Assembly: GCA_017398685.1 (NCBI GenBank)
Contig: JAFQFH010000001.1
Coordinates: 1,052-65,051, forward strand
DNA from: Oscillospiraceae bacterium
Lineage (GTDB): Bacteria; Bacillota; Clostridia; Oscillospirales; Oscillospiraceae
Direction of reading: 5' to 3'
Length of the DNA: 64,000 nt
This document shows positions 53,303 through 62,574 of this stretch, one piece after another. The notes beneath the pieces were generated by a model. That model did not search any database. It saw only the letters and a list, made by a program, of their open reading frames with translations, and was not told the origin of the DNA. The position numbers were made by a program, and so were the translations under genes. Within the stretch, counting starts at the first letter, position 1, and every line of letters begins with the position of its first letter.

Positions 53303-54226
53303 ATGGACTATTCTCAGCTTATAAATACAATGGTGGTTTTTGTTGTTTTAATGACCATCGGCTATGTAGGCGCAAGAAAAAATGTGCTTACGGGTGAATT
53401 TACAAAGGGTGCAAACAAACTTGTTCTCAATGTATTCCTTTCAGCCTCTGTTTTAAACTCCGTCATCGGCGACCAGCCGGATATGTCCGCCGCCCAGCTC
53501 TGGCATGTGATGCTGCTGACCTCCCTTGCAATCGTCATATGCTATATCGTAGGCGCTGTGATGGCAAGACTTCTGAGACTTAAAAATGATGCCGCCATTA
53601 CCGAGCTTCTCATGAGCGTGCCAAACACCATGTTTGTGGGCCTGCCAATCGTTCAGGAGCTTTTCGGCGCAACCGCCGTTTTGTATCTTGCTTTGAGCTG
53701 CATCCCCTTCAATGTGCTGCTCTACTCTTACGGAGTATGGAGGCTCAAGTCCTCCAAGGATGAGGACGGTGGACGTGTGCGGATAAAGGACATGATGTCC
53801 ATTCCACTTATTGCCACACTTATCTCCCTTGTTATTTTCTTCTTCCGTATCCCTGTACCCGGCGTGATAGTCAAGCTGACCACTACTATGGCTCCTGCTA
53901 CCATGCCCCTTTCCATGCTGGTCATCGGCGCTACTCTCGGGCGTGTGCATCTGCTGGACGCATTCAGGGAAAAGCGGGTATACCTTGTTTGCTTTTTCAG
54001 GCTTGTGGTCGCTCCCCTGCTGGCATGGTTCTTGCTTGGCTTTATCACCACGGACGCTGTGCTTCTGGCCACCTGCGTCATTATAGCAGGCTGCCCCAGC
54101 GGTATAATCTGCACCGTGCTGGCCTTGCAGTATGGTCACAACGCAGAGCTTTCATCCAAGGGCGTTCTGGCCTCCACCACGCTTTCCATGCTGGTGCTGC
54201 CGCTGATCGCCAGCCTTCTTGTTTAA
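53303..54226 (+). CDS. AEC (auxin efflux carrier) family transporter
   Basis: It is 307 aa with 10 TM helices and an AEC-like layout. Confidence 0.8.
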   Translation: MDYSQLINTMVVFVVLMTIGYVGARKNVLTGEFTKGANKLVLNVFLSASVLNSVIGDQPDMSAAQLWHVMLLTSLAIVICYIVGAVMARLLRLKNDAAITELLMSVPNTMFVGLPIVQELFGATAVLYLALSCIPFNVLLYSYGVWRLKSSKDEDGGRVRIKDMMSIPLIATLISLVIFFFRIPVPGVIVKLTTTMAPATMPLSMLVIGATLGRVHLLDAFREKRVYLVCFFRLVVAPLLAWFLLGFITTDAVLLATCVIIAGCPSGIICTVLALQYGHNAELSSKGVLASTTLSMLVLPLIASLLV

Positions 54227-54239
54227 AGAGGTTATCAAT

Positions 54240-54860
54240 ATGCACATTCCTGTCTGCCAGTCACAGGCTGTGGATATACTCAGCTTTGACGAGGCCATGA
54301 GTCGCTCCGGTCTGAGCGGCGGGTACGACAGCGAAAAATGGCTGTACATACCCGATTTTTATACCGAGTACCGTTATATACTGGGCACCCGGGGGGATAA
54401 TCCCCTTATCTGCATCGGCATAAACCCATCCACTGCCGCCCCCGACGATCTGGACAACACGCTCAAGTCTGTTGCCCGCATTGCAGATGCCAACGGCTAC
54501 GACAGCTGGATAATGTTCAATGTATATGCCCAGCGCGCCACAAGGCCGGACGATATGGACCATGCGCTCAACGATCGGCTGCACCGGGAGAACATGAGAG
54601 CATTTGAGTACATACTCCGCTCCGTCTCTGAAAAGGGTTACAGCCCCGCAATCTGGAGCGCCTGGGGTACTATCGTTGAAAAGCGCGGCTACCTTGCCGA
54701 TTGTCTGAGAGACATGGTGACTCTGGGCGAAAGCTACGGGGCAAAATGGCTTTGCGCCGGGAAATGCTCCGTAAAAGGCCATCCCCACCATCCCCTTTAC
54801 CTGAAAAAAGATGAGCGCACCCGGGATTTTGACATTGGGAGGTATCTTGAATGTCTTTGA
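54240..54860 (+). CDS. DUF1643-family protein
   Basis: The core is LICIGINPSTA....D.T......IA...GYDSW.M.N.YA.RAT.P and the C-terminus is HPLYL. The ATG at 54240 follows AAGAGG (alternative start at 54219). Confidence 0.7.
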   Translation: MHIPVCQSQAVDILSFDEAMSRSGLSGGYDSEKWLYIPDFYTEYRYILGTRGDNPLICIGINPSTAAPDDLDNTLKSVARIADANGYDSWIMFNVYAQRATRPDDMDHALNDRLHRENMRAFEYILRSVSEKGYSPAIWSAWGTIVEKRGYLADCLRDMVTLGESYGAKWLCAGKCSVKGHPHHPLYLKKDERTRDFDIGRYLECL

Positions 54861-55666
54861 AGATAGCAGTTTGTCAGCTGAGAACCGAGCTTGAGCAGGA
54901 TGTCACTCTTGCCAAGGCCGGGAGCATGGTAAAAGAAGCGGCACAAAGCGGCGCTGACATGGTAGCGCTGCCGGAAATGTTCAACTGCCCCTATTCCAGC
55001 GGCTTTTTCAGAAAGATTGCCTCACTCGGTCACGAAAAGACCGTGGCTGCCATGTCCCGCTGGGCAAGAGAAAACAGTGTTATCCTTATCGGCGGCTCCA
55101 TCCCAGAGGTGGATGGCGAAAGAATTTACAACACTTCCTTTGTTTTTGACCGCAATGGTCAGCAGATAGCCCGGCACAGAAAGGTGCATCTTTTCGACGT
55201 TGACCTGCCCGGTATGCGTTTCAAGGAGTCGGACACCTTCACCCCCGGTGAGGACATCACCGTGTTTGACACCGAGTACGGCAAAATGGGGCTTGCCATA
55301 TGCTTTGATGTGCGCTTTCCCGAGCTTTTCAGAGCCATGGCAAAGCGGGGCGCGCAGATCATATTCCTGCCTGCCCAGTTCAATATGACCACCGGCCCTG
55401 CCCACTGGGATTTGCAGCTTCGCTGCCGCGCCGTGGACAATGAGTGCTTTTTCGTGGCTGCGACTGCGGCCAGATACGAGGGCTTTGACTATGAGTGCTG
55501 GGGGCATTCCATGATAATTGACCCCTATGGCACAAAGCTGGCTGACTGCGACGAGAAGGAGCAGATAATATATGCCGATGTTGACCTTGAAAGGATAGCT
55601 CAGGTGCGTGCTCAGCTGCCCACCTTCCTGCATCTCCGGTCTGAGCTTTACCCGGTGGCAGAATGA
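54851..55666 (+). CDS. Carbon-nitrogen hydrolase (nitrilase superfamily, omega-amidase-like)
   Basis: The catalytic E-K-C triad context is LPEMF, HRKVHLF and GLAICFDVRFPE. Confidence 0.9.
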   Translation: MSLKIAVCQLRTELEQDVTLAKAGSMVKEAAQSGADMVALPEMFNCPYSSGFFRKIASLGHEKTVAAMSRWARENSVILIGGSIPEVDGERIYNTSFVFDRNGQQIARHRKVHLFDVDLPGMRFKESDTFTPGEDITVFDTEYGKMGLAICFDVRFPELFRAMAKRGAQIIFLPAQFNMTTGPAHWDLQLRCRAVDNECFFVAATAARYEGFDYECWGHSMIIDPYGTKLADCDEKEQIIYADVDLERIAQVRAQLPTFLHLRSELYPVAE

Positions 55667-56226
55667 TATATCACCAGATAGAAAACTACCGCCCCTTCAA
55701 TGAGCAGGAGCGGCGGGATAAAGAGCTTATATTGAAATTCCTCCGTGAAAATGAGGATGCATTTGAGCGCTCCAACGCCACAGCCCACATGACAGCCTCC
55801 GCCTGGGTGATAAACAGGGATGCCACAAAGGTTCTGATGGTTTATCACAAAATTTATAATTCCTGGTCATGGACCGGCGGCCACGCCGACGGAGAGCGGG
55901 ATATGCTGGCTCTGGCTATCCGGGAAGTGCAGGAGGAGACGGGCGTTCACAATGTAAAGCCCGTGAGTGAGGACATTTACTCCCTTGAGATACTGACCGT
56001 TGACGGCCATGAAAAGCGGGGCGAATACGTGGCAAGCCATCTGCACATGAACGTGACTTATCTTCTCATGGCAGATGAGCGTGAGACTTTGCATATCTGC
56101 GAGGACGAGAACAGCGGTGTTGCATGGTTTACGCTGGATGGTGCCCTGAAAGCCTCCACGGAGCCATGGTTTGTGGAGCGTATTTACAAAAAACTCAATG
56201 ATAAATTACCCTTATATATCAAATAA
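55663..56226 (+). CDS. NUDIX hydrolase
   Basis: The Nudix box is GGHADGERDMLALAIREVQEETG. Confidence 0.88.
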   Translation: MIYHQIENYRPFNEQERRDKELILKFLRENEDAFERSNATAHMTASAWVINRDATKVLMVYHKIYNSWSWTGGHADGERDMLALAIREVQEETGVHNVKPVSEDIYSLEILTVDGHEKRGEYVASHLHMNVTYLLMADERETLHICEDENSGVAWFTLDGALKASTEPWFVERIYKKLNDKLPLYIK

Positions 56227-56255
56227 AAAATGGAGCCTGACGGCTCCATTTTTTA
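56225..56255. terminator. Bidirectional terminator
   Basis: aaaaatggagcc-tgac-ggctccattttt. Confidence 0.85.
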
Positions 56256-57095
56256 TTCAAGTGTCTGCAGATATTCTTCAAAGGTCAGCCCGGAGGCCTC
56301 TACGGCCTTGGCTGTGCTGACACCCACATAGCGGTAGTGCCAGGGTTCAAAGATAATGCCGGTTATGTCGCTGCTGCCATTGGGGTAGCGGAGAATAAAA
56401 CCATAGTCCGAGCAGTTTGCCATGAGCCACTTCTGCACATTGGTATACTGCTGGTACTGGTCCAGATTTACGTAGTTTTCATCAATAATATCAACGGCGA
56501 GGCCCAGCTGATGCTCACTGGTGCCTGGTATGGCCACGGAACGGGCTGCGACCTGGGGTGCGTCCCAGGGGGCTGTGCCCGCTGCCACAAGACGCTTGAT
56601 TTTGTTCTGGTACAGCTCCTCCTGATACTCATGGGTGCGGTAGGCAGAGCAGATTACCGGAAGATTTCCCGCCTCGCGGCAGGCATTTACCATGGCCATG
56701 AGCGCATCTGCACAGCGCCTGTCTATGAGGTAGCCGTCCTCCACGGTGCTCAGCAGCGCCACATAGTTCTCCGGTACTTCGTTCCATGGATTTACCAGCA
56801 GCAAAAGCTCGTCGGAATACTTTTCCAGCCTTGTCTGCAATCCCCTTGCAATGGCCTCTTCCACGGCTTTTTGGGCATCGTCAACACGCTTTTGGCTTAT
56901 CTCGGCAGCCATTTCATCCGCAGCCTGGGCAAGCTGGGCAAAAAGAGCTGAGTCCGCTGTTTCATAAAGTGTCTTTTCCTGTGCCCAAGCCTGATAAAAG
57001 GAAAAGCCCAGCAGAAAAAGCAGCATTGCCGCAAGGCCTGCCGCCGCTGCCAGAACTATTCTCATTTTCCATTTTTTGTCCATTTTTCCTGTCAT
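56253..57095 (-). CDS. M15 D-alanyl-D-alanine carboxypeptidase (VanY-like)
   Basis: N-terminal TM anchor; SAYRT, SEHQLGLAVD and WHYRYVG motifs. Confidence 0.88.
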   Translation of the reverse strand: MTGKMDKKWKMRIVLAAAAGLAAMLLFLLGFSFYQAWAQEKTLYETADSALFAQLAQAADEMAAEISQKRVDDAQKAVEEAIARGLQTRLEKYSDELLLLVNPWNEVPENYVALLSTVEDGYLIDRRCADALMAMVNACREAGNLPVICSAYRTHEYQEELYQNKIKRLVAAGTAPWDAPQVAARSVAIPGTSEHQLGLAVDIIDENYVNLDQYQQYTNVQKWLMANCSDYGFILRYPNGSSDITGIIFEPWHYRYVGVSTAKAVEASGLTFEEYLQTLE

Positions 57096-57096
57096 T

Positions 57097-57660
57097 TCAG
57101 AACTTTATTATGCCCAGATGCTCCAGTAATATTTTAAGACCCATACATATAAGTATCACGCCGCCGGCAAACTCGGCTCCGGATTTGAAGCGCTCGCCGA
57201 AAAAATGCCCCACATATGTGCCCAGGGCGGAAAGGCAGAATGTGATTATTCCGATGAAGAGAGCCGCAGCTAATATATTCACATCCAGAAACGCAAAGCT
57301 TATGCCCACCGCCAGAGCATCTATACTGGTGGCCACTGCCAAAACCAGCATTGTTCTGACGCCAAAATCGTCATTATGTTCCTCCGCCTGCCCGAAGGCC
57401 TCGCGTATCATATTTATACCGATGACAGCCAACAACACAAAAGCTATCCAGTGATCAATCTCCTTGATGAGATGCTCAAAGCGAAAGCCCAGAAGATAGC
57501 CGATAAGGGGCATAAGTCCCTGAAAAAGGCCAAAATACGCACCAGCCAGCAGTGCGTGGCGGGCTTTTAGTTTTTGTACGCTCAGCCCCTTGCACACCGA
57601 GACCGCGCAGGCATCCATGCTAAGTCCAAGAGCTATCAAAACAAGTTCTGTTGTTCCCAT
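57097..57660 (-). CDS. mntP: Manganese efflux pump MntP
   Basis: LGLSMDACAVS and a second half with VATSIDALAVG (duplicated DUF204 motifs). The start is at MGTTELV. Confidence 0.88.
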   Translation of the reverse strand: MGTTELVLIALGLSMDACAVSVCKGLSVQKLKARHALLAGAYFGLFQGLMPLIGYLLGFRFEHLIKEIDHWIAFVLLAVIGINMIREAFGQAEEHNDDFGVRTMLVLAVATSIDALAVGISFAFLDVNILAAALFIGIITFCLSALGTYVGHFFGERFKSGAEFAGGVILICMGLKILLEHLGIIKF

Positions 57661-57691
57661 ATACACCTTCCTGTTTTTTACGAACAAGAAA

Positions 57692-57720
57692 ACTTTACAA
57701 CAGCTCTTTACAAAAGTCAA
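57692..57720 (-). promoter_or_regulatory. Candidate promoter of mntP
   Basis: On the minus strand: TTGACT, a 17-nt spacer, then TAAAGT. Confidence 0.45.
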
Positions 57721-57746
57721 GCAAACGATGTCAGGCACACAGCAGC

Positions 57747-57782
57747 AAAGGACTTGTTGCATCATTTTGCAACAAGTCCTTT
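57747..57782 (-). terminator. 15-bp perfect hairpin after the Cys-rich protein gene (no clear U-tract)
   Basis: aaaggacttgttgca-tcattt-tgcaacaagtccttt. Confidence 0.5.
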
Positions 57783-57795
57783 AAGGGAGTAAAAG

Positions 57796-58722
57796 TCACT
57801 TTTGTGCTTCAACTTTTGTAGTTGGGGCCGGTTCTTCAACCGGTGGAACAGAGGGTGAAGGCGCAGGTGATGCAGTGGGCGCGGGTGATGCGGAGGCTTC
57901 AGGCTTTGCACTGGGCTTGGGCAGCATCCACCATGCGTATTCACGGGCGCCGCAGCTGGTGCATATTCTCATGGGGCAGCCCGGCTCGATATAGGGCCAG
58001 TAATTGGCGGAGTTGGCGTAAAACCAGTTGTGTACGTGCTGGCAGATACCTACGCCGTGCTCACCAAAGCATTTGGGGGAAAGGCAGTTGCCGCAGAAAG
58101 CGTGATCCCTGCCATCACAGACAAAGTGACCGCCATAGCCGCAGGCACCTGATGCGTGAGCCATGGGATGTCCTCCATCCTGACAGACATAGTGGCCGCA
58201 GGAGAAGATATGCATTGTGGTACCCATATCTTCGCCGCATTTGGAGCAGACCGCCTTGATGATATAGTTGGGCTTTGCTCCCGTGACGGTGACAGCGAAG
58301 CGATCCACCTCAGTGCCGCTGGGGTCATACACTATAATCTCGCTCTCTCCGGTGCCGCTGGCATAGAACTTGCCGGCAGTCTCAAGGAAAACTGCTTCAG
58401 GGTTGCTGTTTTCATAGGTAAAGCCATTGTTGCCTACCATGACCTGCTTTGTGGCCTTATAGTACTCCTCGCCCACATCCTCAAAATCAATACTCATTGT
58501 GGAAAAGAGGCTTCTGTCATGCATATCGGTGTTTATAAGCTTATAGAGCTTTGCGTTGCAGTTGCCGCTGGCTTCAAGGGTGGCTCTTCCGGTGCCCTGA
58601 TATACTACCTTGTCGGTTCTCTCTATGTACATGGTATATCTGTCTCCGGTCTGTGCAAAAGCAGAAACCCCAAGGCTCAGAAGCATTGCAAGCACCAGCA
58701 GCAGGGATAAGTATCTTTTCAT
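57796..58722 (-). CDS. Secreted protein with a Cys/His-rich module and a Pro/Ala/Ser-rich tail
   Basis: The start at MKRYLSLLLVLAMLLSLGVSAFA (signal peptide) follows AGGAGG. The N-terminal half is beta-rich. By my count there are 13 Cys and 9 His in about 100 aa, followed by a PAPTASPAPSPS tail. Confidence 0.65.
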   Translation of the reverse strand: MKRYLSLLLVLAMLLSLGVSAFAQTGDRYTMYIERTDKVVYQGTGRATLEASGNCNAKLYKLINTDMHDRSLFSTMSIDFEDVGEEYYKATKQVMVGNNGFTYENSNPEAVFLETAGKFYASGTGESEIIVYDPSGTEVDRFAVTVTGAKPNYIIKAVCSKCGEDMGTTMHIFSCGHYVCQDGGHPMAHASGACGYGGHFVCDGRDHAFCGNCLSPKCFGEHGVGICQHVHNWFYANSANYWPYIEPGCPMRICTSCGAREYAWWMLPKPSAKPEASASPAPTASPAPSPSVPPVEEPAPTTKVEAQK

Positions 58723-58787
58723 AGCCAAACCTCCTTTTTTACCAATTTTATCATATTGTTTCCGACCCTGTCCATATGAATTTGTCT

Positions 58788-58818
58788 GAAAAAAGCCCAT
58801 CCCTTTCGGGATGGGCTT
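58788..58818 (-). terminator. Rho-independent terminator
   Basis: On the minus strand: aagcccatccc-gaaa-gggatgggctt followed by TTTTT. Confidence 0.85.
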
Positions 58819-58830
58819 GATGCTTTCAAA

Positions 58831-60303
58831 TTATGCGAAGGGGTTCTCGGTGGGGTAAGGCAGGGATGCGGGCTGGTTGTAGGCCACATCTGCAACACCG
58901 AAGTACTTAAAGAGGTCGAACAGAACCTTGCCGCAGTGTGCGAATGCCACAGCACCGTGGTGGGGATAACGCTTCTGGATGAGCACGTGGCGGTAGAAGC
59001 GGCCCATTTCGGGGATGGCGAACACGCCGATGCCGCCGAAGGAACGGGTCTTGACGGGCAGGACTTCGCCTTCTGCGATGTAGGCGCGAAGCACACCGTC
59101 GCTGTCGCACTGGAGGCGGTAGAAGGTGATCTCACCGGGGGCGATGTCGCCTTCGAGGGTGCCGCGGGTGAAGTCAGGCTCGCCGCCGTTCTCAAGAAGT
59201 CTGTTCTGGATGAGCTGGTACTTGACAGCGCAGTCAGAGCACATCTTGCAGGAGGGAGTATTGCCGCAGTGGAAGCCCATGAAGGTATCCTTGATGTCGT
59301 AATCGAACTTGCCGACAATGTCCTCATCGTAGAGGTACTTGGGCACGGAGTTGTTGATGTCAAGCAGGGTGACAGCGTCGCCGGTAACACAGGCGCCGAT
59401 GTACTCGCTCAGTGCGCCGTAAATGTCCACTTCGCAGGCCACGGGGATGCCCTTGGAGGCCAGACGGGAGTTGACATAGCAGGGCTCGAAGCCGAAAGCT
59501 TCGGGGAATGCGGGCCAGCACTTGTCAGCAAAGGCAACGTACTTTCTTGCACCCTTGTGCTGCTCTGCCCAGTCAAGGAGGGTCAGCTCAAACTGAGCCA
59601 TACGCTCGAGCAGGTCGGGGAATATCTTTCTGTCGCCCATCTCGGCTTCCATGTCAGCAATGACTTCGGGAATTCTCTTGTCGCCTGCGTGGGCCTTGTA
59701 AGCAACCAGCAGGTCAAGCTCGGAGTTCTCCTCAACCTCAACACCCAGCTCGTACAGGCCCTTGATGGGTGCGTTGCAGGCGAAGAAGTCCTGGGGACGG
59801 GGACCGAAGGTGATGATCTTCAGGTTCTGGACACCGATGATAGCGCGGGCCAGAGGAATGAATGCCTTGATCTCGGCTGCTGCCTCTTCTGCGGTCATTA
59901 CAGGGTATGCGGGGATATGTGCCTTCAGATGGCGCATGCCAAGGTTGTAGGAGCAGTTGAGCATACCGCAGTATGCGTCGCCGCGGCCATTGATAAGGTC
60001 GCCGTCGCCTTCGGCGGCTGCGATGTACATCACAGGGCCATCAAAGTACTTGGCGATAAGAGTCTCGGGGGTCTCGGGGCCGAAGTTGCCCAGGAAAACG
60101 CAAAGAGCGTTGCAGCCGGCAGCCTGAACGTCTGCTACGGCCTTCTGTGCGTCCAGCTCGTTCTCAACGGTGATGGGGCAGTTGTAAAGGCCCTCGCCGC
60201 AGATCTGAGCTATTGCGTTGCGTCTGGTGGTGGAGAGGCTGATGGGGAAGCAGTCACGGGAGACTGCAATAATTCCCAGTTTTACGTCAGGAATGTTCTT
60301 CAT
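58831..60303 (-). CDS. L-fucose/L-arabinose isomerase-family sugar isomerase
   Basis: It is 490 aa. The N-terminal layout KLGIIAVSRDCFP....A..V..F.GNFGPE is typical of short FucI-family proteins. Confidence 0.8.
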   Translation of the reverse strand: MKNIPDVKLGIIAVSRDCFPISLSTTRRNAIAQICGEGLYNCPITVENELDAQKAVADVQAAGCNALCVFLGNFGPETPETLIAKYFDGPVMYIAAAEGDGDLINGRGDAYCGMLNCSYNLGMRHLKAHIPAYPVMTAEEAAAEIKAFIPLARAIIGVQNLKIITFGPRPQDFFACNAPIKGLYELGVEVEENSELDLLVAYKAHAGDKRIPEVIADMEAEMGDRKIFPDLLERMAQFELTLLDWAEQHKGARKYVAFADKCWPAFPEAFGFEPCYVNSRLASKGIPVACEVDIYGALSEYIGACVTGDAVTLLDINNSVPKYLYDEDIVGKFDYDIKDTFMGFHCGNTPSCKMCSDCAVKYQLIQNRLLENGGEPDFTRGTLEGDIAPGEITFYRLQCDSDGVLRAYIAEGEVLPVKTRSFGGIGVFAIPEMGRFYRHVLIQKRYPHHGAVAFAHCGKVLFDLFKYFGVADVAYNQPASLPYPTENPFA

Positions 60304-60369
60304 ACGATTTTCTCCTTATAAATTAAAAACTTGAGACTTTCAAAAAACTTTGCTTCTGCGCCGGGAAAC

Positions 60370-61005
60370 TTATATAAACTCTGCTATGTCTATATTCTCG
60401 CCGGTGAGGCCAACGTGGGCTCCGCTCTGAGCCTCGGATGACTCAGCATGGGCCAGAAGCCACTTGTTGCAGGCGGTGAGCCACTTTTCTTCCTCAAAGT
60501 CTGCTTCATACTCAGGCTTTGCGGTGTTGGTGCCCCGGGGCAGGACTATTGCCACTTTGAAGCCCTCGGCCTTATCGGCCTGGCAGGGGGCATAGTGGAG
60601 AGATGTGGCATAGACTTCCACAACGGCTCCGGCAGGGGCCTTGAATGCTTCCACCTTTGCAGTATCCAGCTTGCCGTCGATGATATCGCCCTGCTTTGCA
60701 AGCAGAAGGATATAGTCGCCATTGCCGATGTTCAGCTCGCTGTCTCTGTGGTACTCAAGGCAGTTGAGCTTGGTGTTGTGACCCCAGCACATGCCTATCT
60801 GGATGGGCATGCCGCCATAGGCCTTGGCAGCAAGCGCAGGGAAGATTGCGCAGGCTTCTAGGCTTTCAATGGCAGGCTCGTAGGCCACGCCGGCCTCGGG
60901 CATGGGGATAGCGTTCATTGCCTGGATAAGCTCGGCAGTGTCATAGCCTTCCAGTACCTTGCCGTATGGGCGGAACTGCTCATCGTATACAGAATAGATT
61001 TTCAT
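60370..61005 (-). CDS. DUF4867-family (cupin-like) protein
   Basis: It is 211 aa and starts MKIYSVYDEQFRPYGKVLEGYD. This kind of protein is usually found next to FucI-like and FGGY kinase genes. Confidence 0.65.
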   Translation of the reverse strand: MKIYSVYDEQFRPYGKVLEGYDTAELIQAMNAIPMPEAGVAYEPAIESLEACAIFPALAAKAYGGMPIQIGMCWGHNTKLNCLEYHRDSELNIGNGDYILLLAKQGDIIDGKLDTAKVEAFKAPAGAVVEVYATSLHYAPCQADKAEGFKVAIVLPRGTNTAKPEYEADFEEEKWLTACNKWLLAHAESSEAQSGAHVGLTGENIDIAEFI

Positions 61006-61014
61006 ACTTCCTCC

Positions 61015-62490
61015 TTATTTCAAAAGAGGGAATACCTCTTTGAGTGCGGGATATATTCTGCTGAACTTCTCGTACTGCTGCTGGTACTTGGCCTGCAAAA
61101 CGGCGTCAGGCTCGGTGGTGGAGGCCACTTCAACAAGGGCGTCAGCCGCTTCTATAACACTGGCGTACTGGCCGCAGCCCACCATGGCCAGCATTGCTGC
61201 GCCGTAGCCGGGGCCCTGCTCGGTCTTCACCATGTCCAGAGGGATGCCCAGAACATTGGCAAAAATCTTGCGCCACAGGGGGGACTTGCTGCCGCCGCCG
61301 CATATCTTGCTGCGGGGGATATTGATGCCCAGTGCCTTGGCGACTTCAAAGGAGTCGCGGATGGCGAAGGCCACGCCCTCCAGCACGGCCTGAACCATGT
61401 CGGAACGGGTGGAGTCCATGCTCATGCCGATGAAGGTAGCTCTGGCATCGGTGTCGTTTATGGGGCTGCGCTCGCCCATGAGATAGGGCAGGAAGAACAC
61501 GCGGTTCTCGCCCAGCTTTTCATCGGTGATATCCACCTGCTCTGCGGCGTAGTCCTCATTCTTGAGGATATCGTCGCACAGCCACTTGTTGCAGCTTGCC
61601 GCGGAGAGCATGCAGCCCATCAGATGATAGCCGCCGTCTGCGTGGGCAAAGGCGTGAAGTGCGTTGTTGGGGTCAACGCCAAAGCTGTCGCTGGAGATAA
61701 ACACGGTGCCGGAAGTGCCGAGGGAGATGTTGCATCCGCCTGCACCGACAGTGCCGGTACCGACTGCGGCAGCGGCATTGTCACCGGCGCCGGCAACCAC
61801 CTTGACGCTCTCGCTCAGACCAAGGAGCTTTGCAGCCTCGGCAGTGAGAGTGCCCACAACTTCGTAGCTTTCAAAGAGCTTGGGCATCTGGTCATCGGTG
61901 AGAGAGCAGATTTCCATCATCTCTTTGGACCAGCACTTTTTCTCAACATCCATAAGGAGCATACCGGAGGCATCTGAGTAGTCACAGCAGTGCACACCGG
62001 TGAGCTTGTAGTTGATGTAGTCCTTGGGCAGCATGATCTTGGCGATCTTTGCAAAATTCTCAGGCTCGTTGTTCTTCATCCAGAGGACTTTGGGAGCAGT
62101 GAAGCCTGCAAAGGCGATATTGGCGGTAAGCTCAGAGAGCTTTGCCTTGCCGATGACATTGTTGAGATAGTCAACCTCGTCGGCTGTTCTGCCGTCGTTC
62201 CACAAAATTGCGGGGCGGATAACGTTGTCATCCTTGTCCAGAGCTACCAGACCGTGCATCTGACCGCCTGCGCCGATACCCGCCACCTCTGCTGCGTCAA
62301 AGCCTTCCAGAAGCTGGGGTATGCCCTTTACGCAGGCATCCCACCAGTCCTCGCAGCGCTGCTCAGACCAGCCGGGCTGGGGGAAGTAGAGAGGATAGTC
62401 CAGTGTGACGGTGTTGAGGATCTGTCCCTGTTCGTCCACCAGAAGCATTTTAAGGGAAGAAGTTCCCAAATCAAGGCCTATATACAGCAT
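61015..62490 (-). CDS. xylB: FGGY-family carbohydrate kinase (xylulokinase-like)
   Basis: IGLDLGTSSLK, GWSEQ and GGGSKS motifs. The ATG at 62490 lies 6 nt after GGAG (the TTG at 62502 is less likely). Confidence 0.85.
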   Translation of the reverse strand: MLYIGLDLGTSSLKMLLVDEQGQILNTVTLDYPLYFPQPGWSEQRCEDWWDACVKGIPQLLEGFDAAEVAGIGAGGQMHGLVALDKDDNVIRPAILWNDGRTADEVDYLNNVIGKAKLSELTANIAFAGFTAPKVLWMKNNEPENFAKIAKIMLPKDYINYKLTGVHCCDYSDASGMLLMDVEKKCWSKEMMEICSLTDDQMPKLFESYEVVGTLTAEAAKLLGLSESVKVVAGAGDNAAAAVGTGTVGAGGCNISLGTSGTVFISSDSFGVDPNNALHAFAHADGGYHLMGCMLSAASCNKWLCDDILKNEDYAAEQVDITDEKLGENRVFFLPYLMGERSPINDTDARATFIGMSMDSTRSDMVQAVLEGVAFAIRDSFEVAKALGINIPRSKICGGGSKSPLWRKIFANVLGIPLDMVKTEQGPGYGAAMLAMVGCGQYASVIEAADALVEVASTTEPDAVLQAKYQQQYEKFSRIYPALKEVFPLLK

Positions 62491-62574
62491 GCTTTTCTCC
62501 AATCCGGTCCAGAGGACCTTTACATATGACGGCCCCGGCCGTTCCGGTCCGGGGCCGTTGAAGCTTAAAGGATA

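Noticed and set aside
57661-57795. Possible yybP-ykoY manganese riboswitch upstream of mntP.
   Set aside because: On the minus strand I could not find the conserved GGGGAGUAG and distal UUGACA...AGACC-type cores. The interval is better explained by a 15-bp terminator hairpin of the upstream gene plus a TTGACT-17-TAAAGT promoter only about 30 nt from the ATG, which leaves no room for the aptamer. A covariance-model scan would settle it.
62529-62558. GC-rich hairpin (acggccccgg...ccggggccgt) between the permease and kinase genes, as a terminator.
   Set aside because: There is no U-tract on the transcribed (minus) strand, and the genes are only 84 nt apart in an obvious operon. It is more likely an intercistronic stabilising structure. 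It is not reported as a feature.
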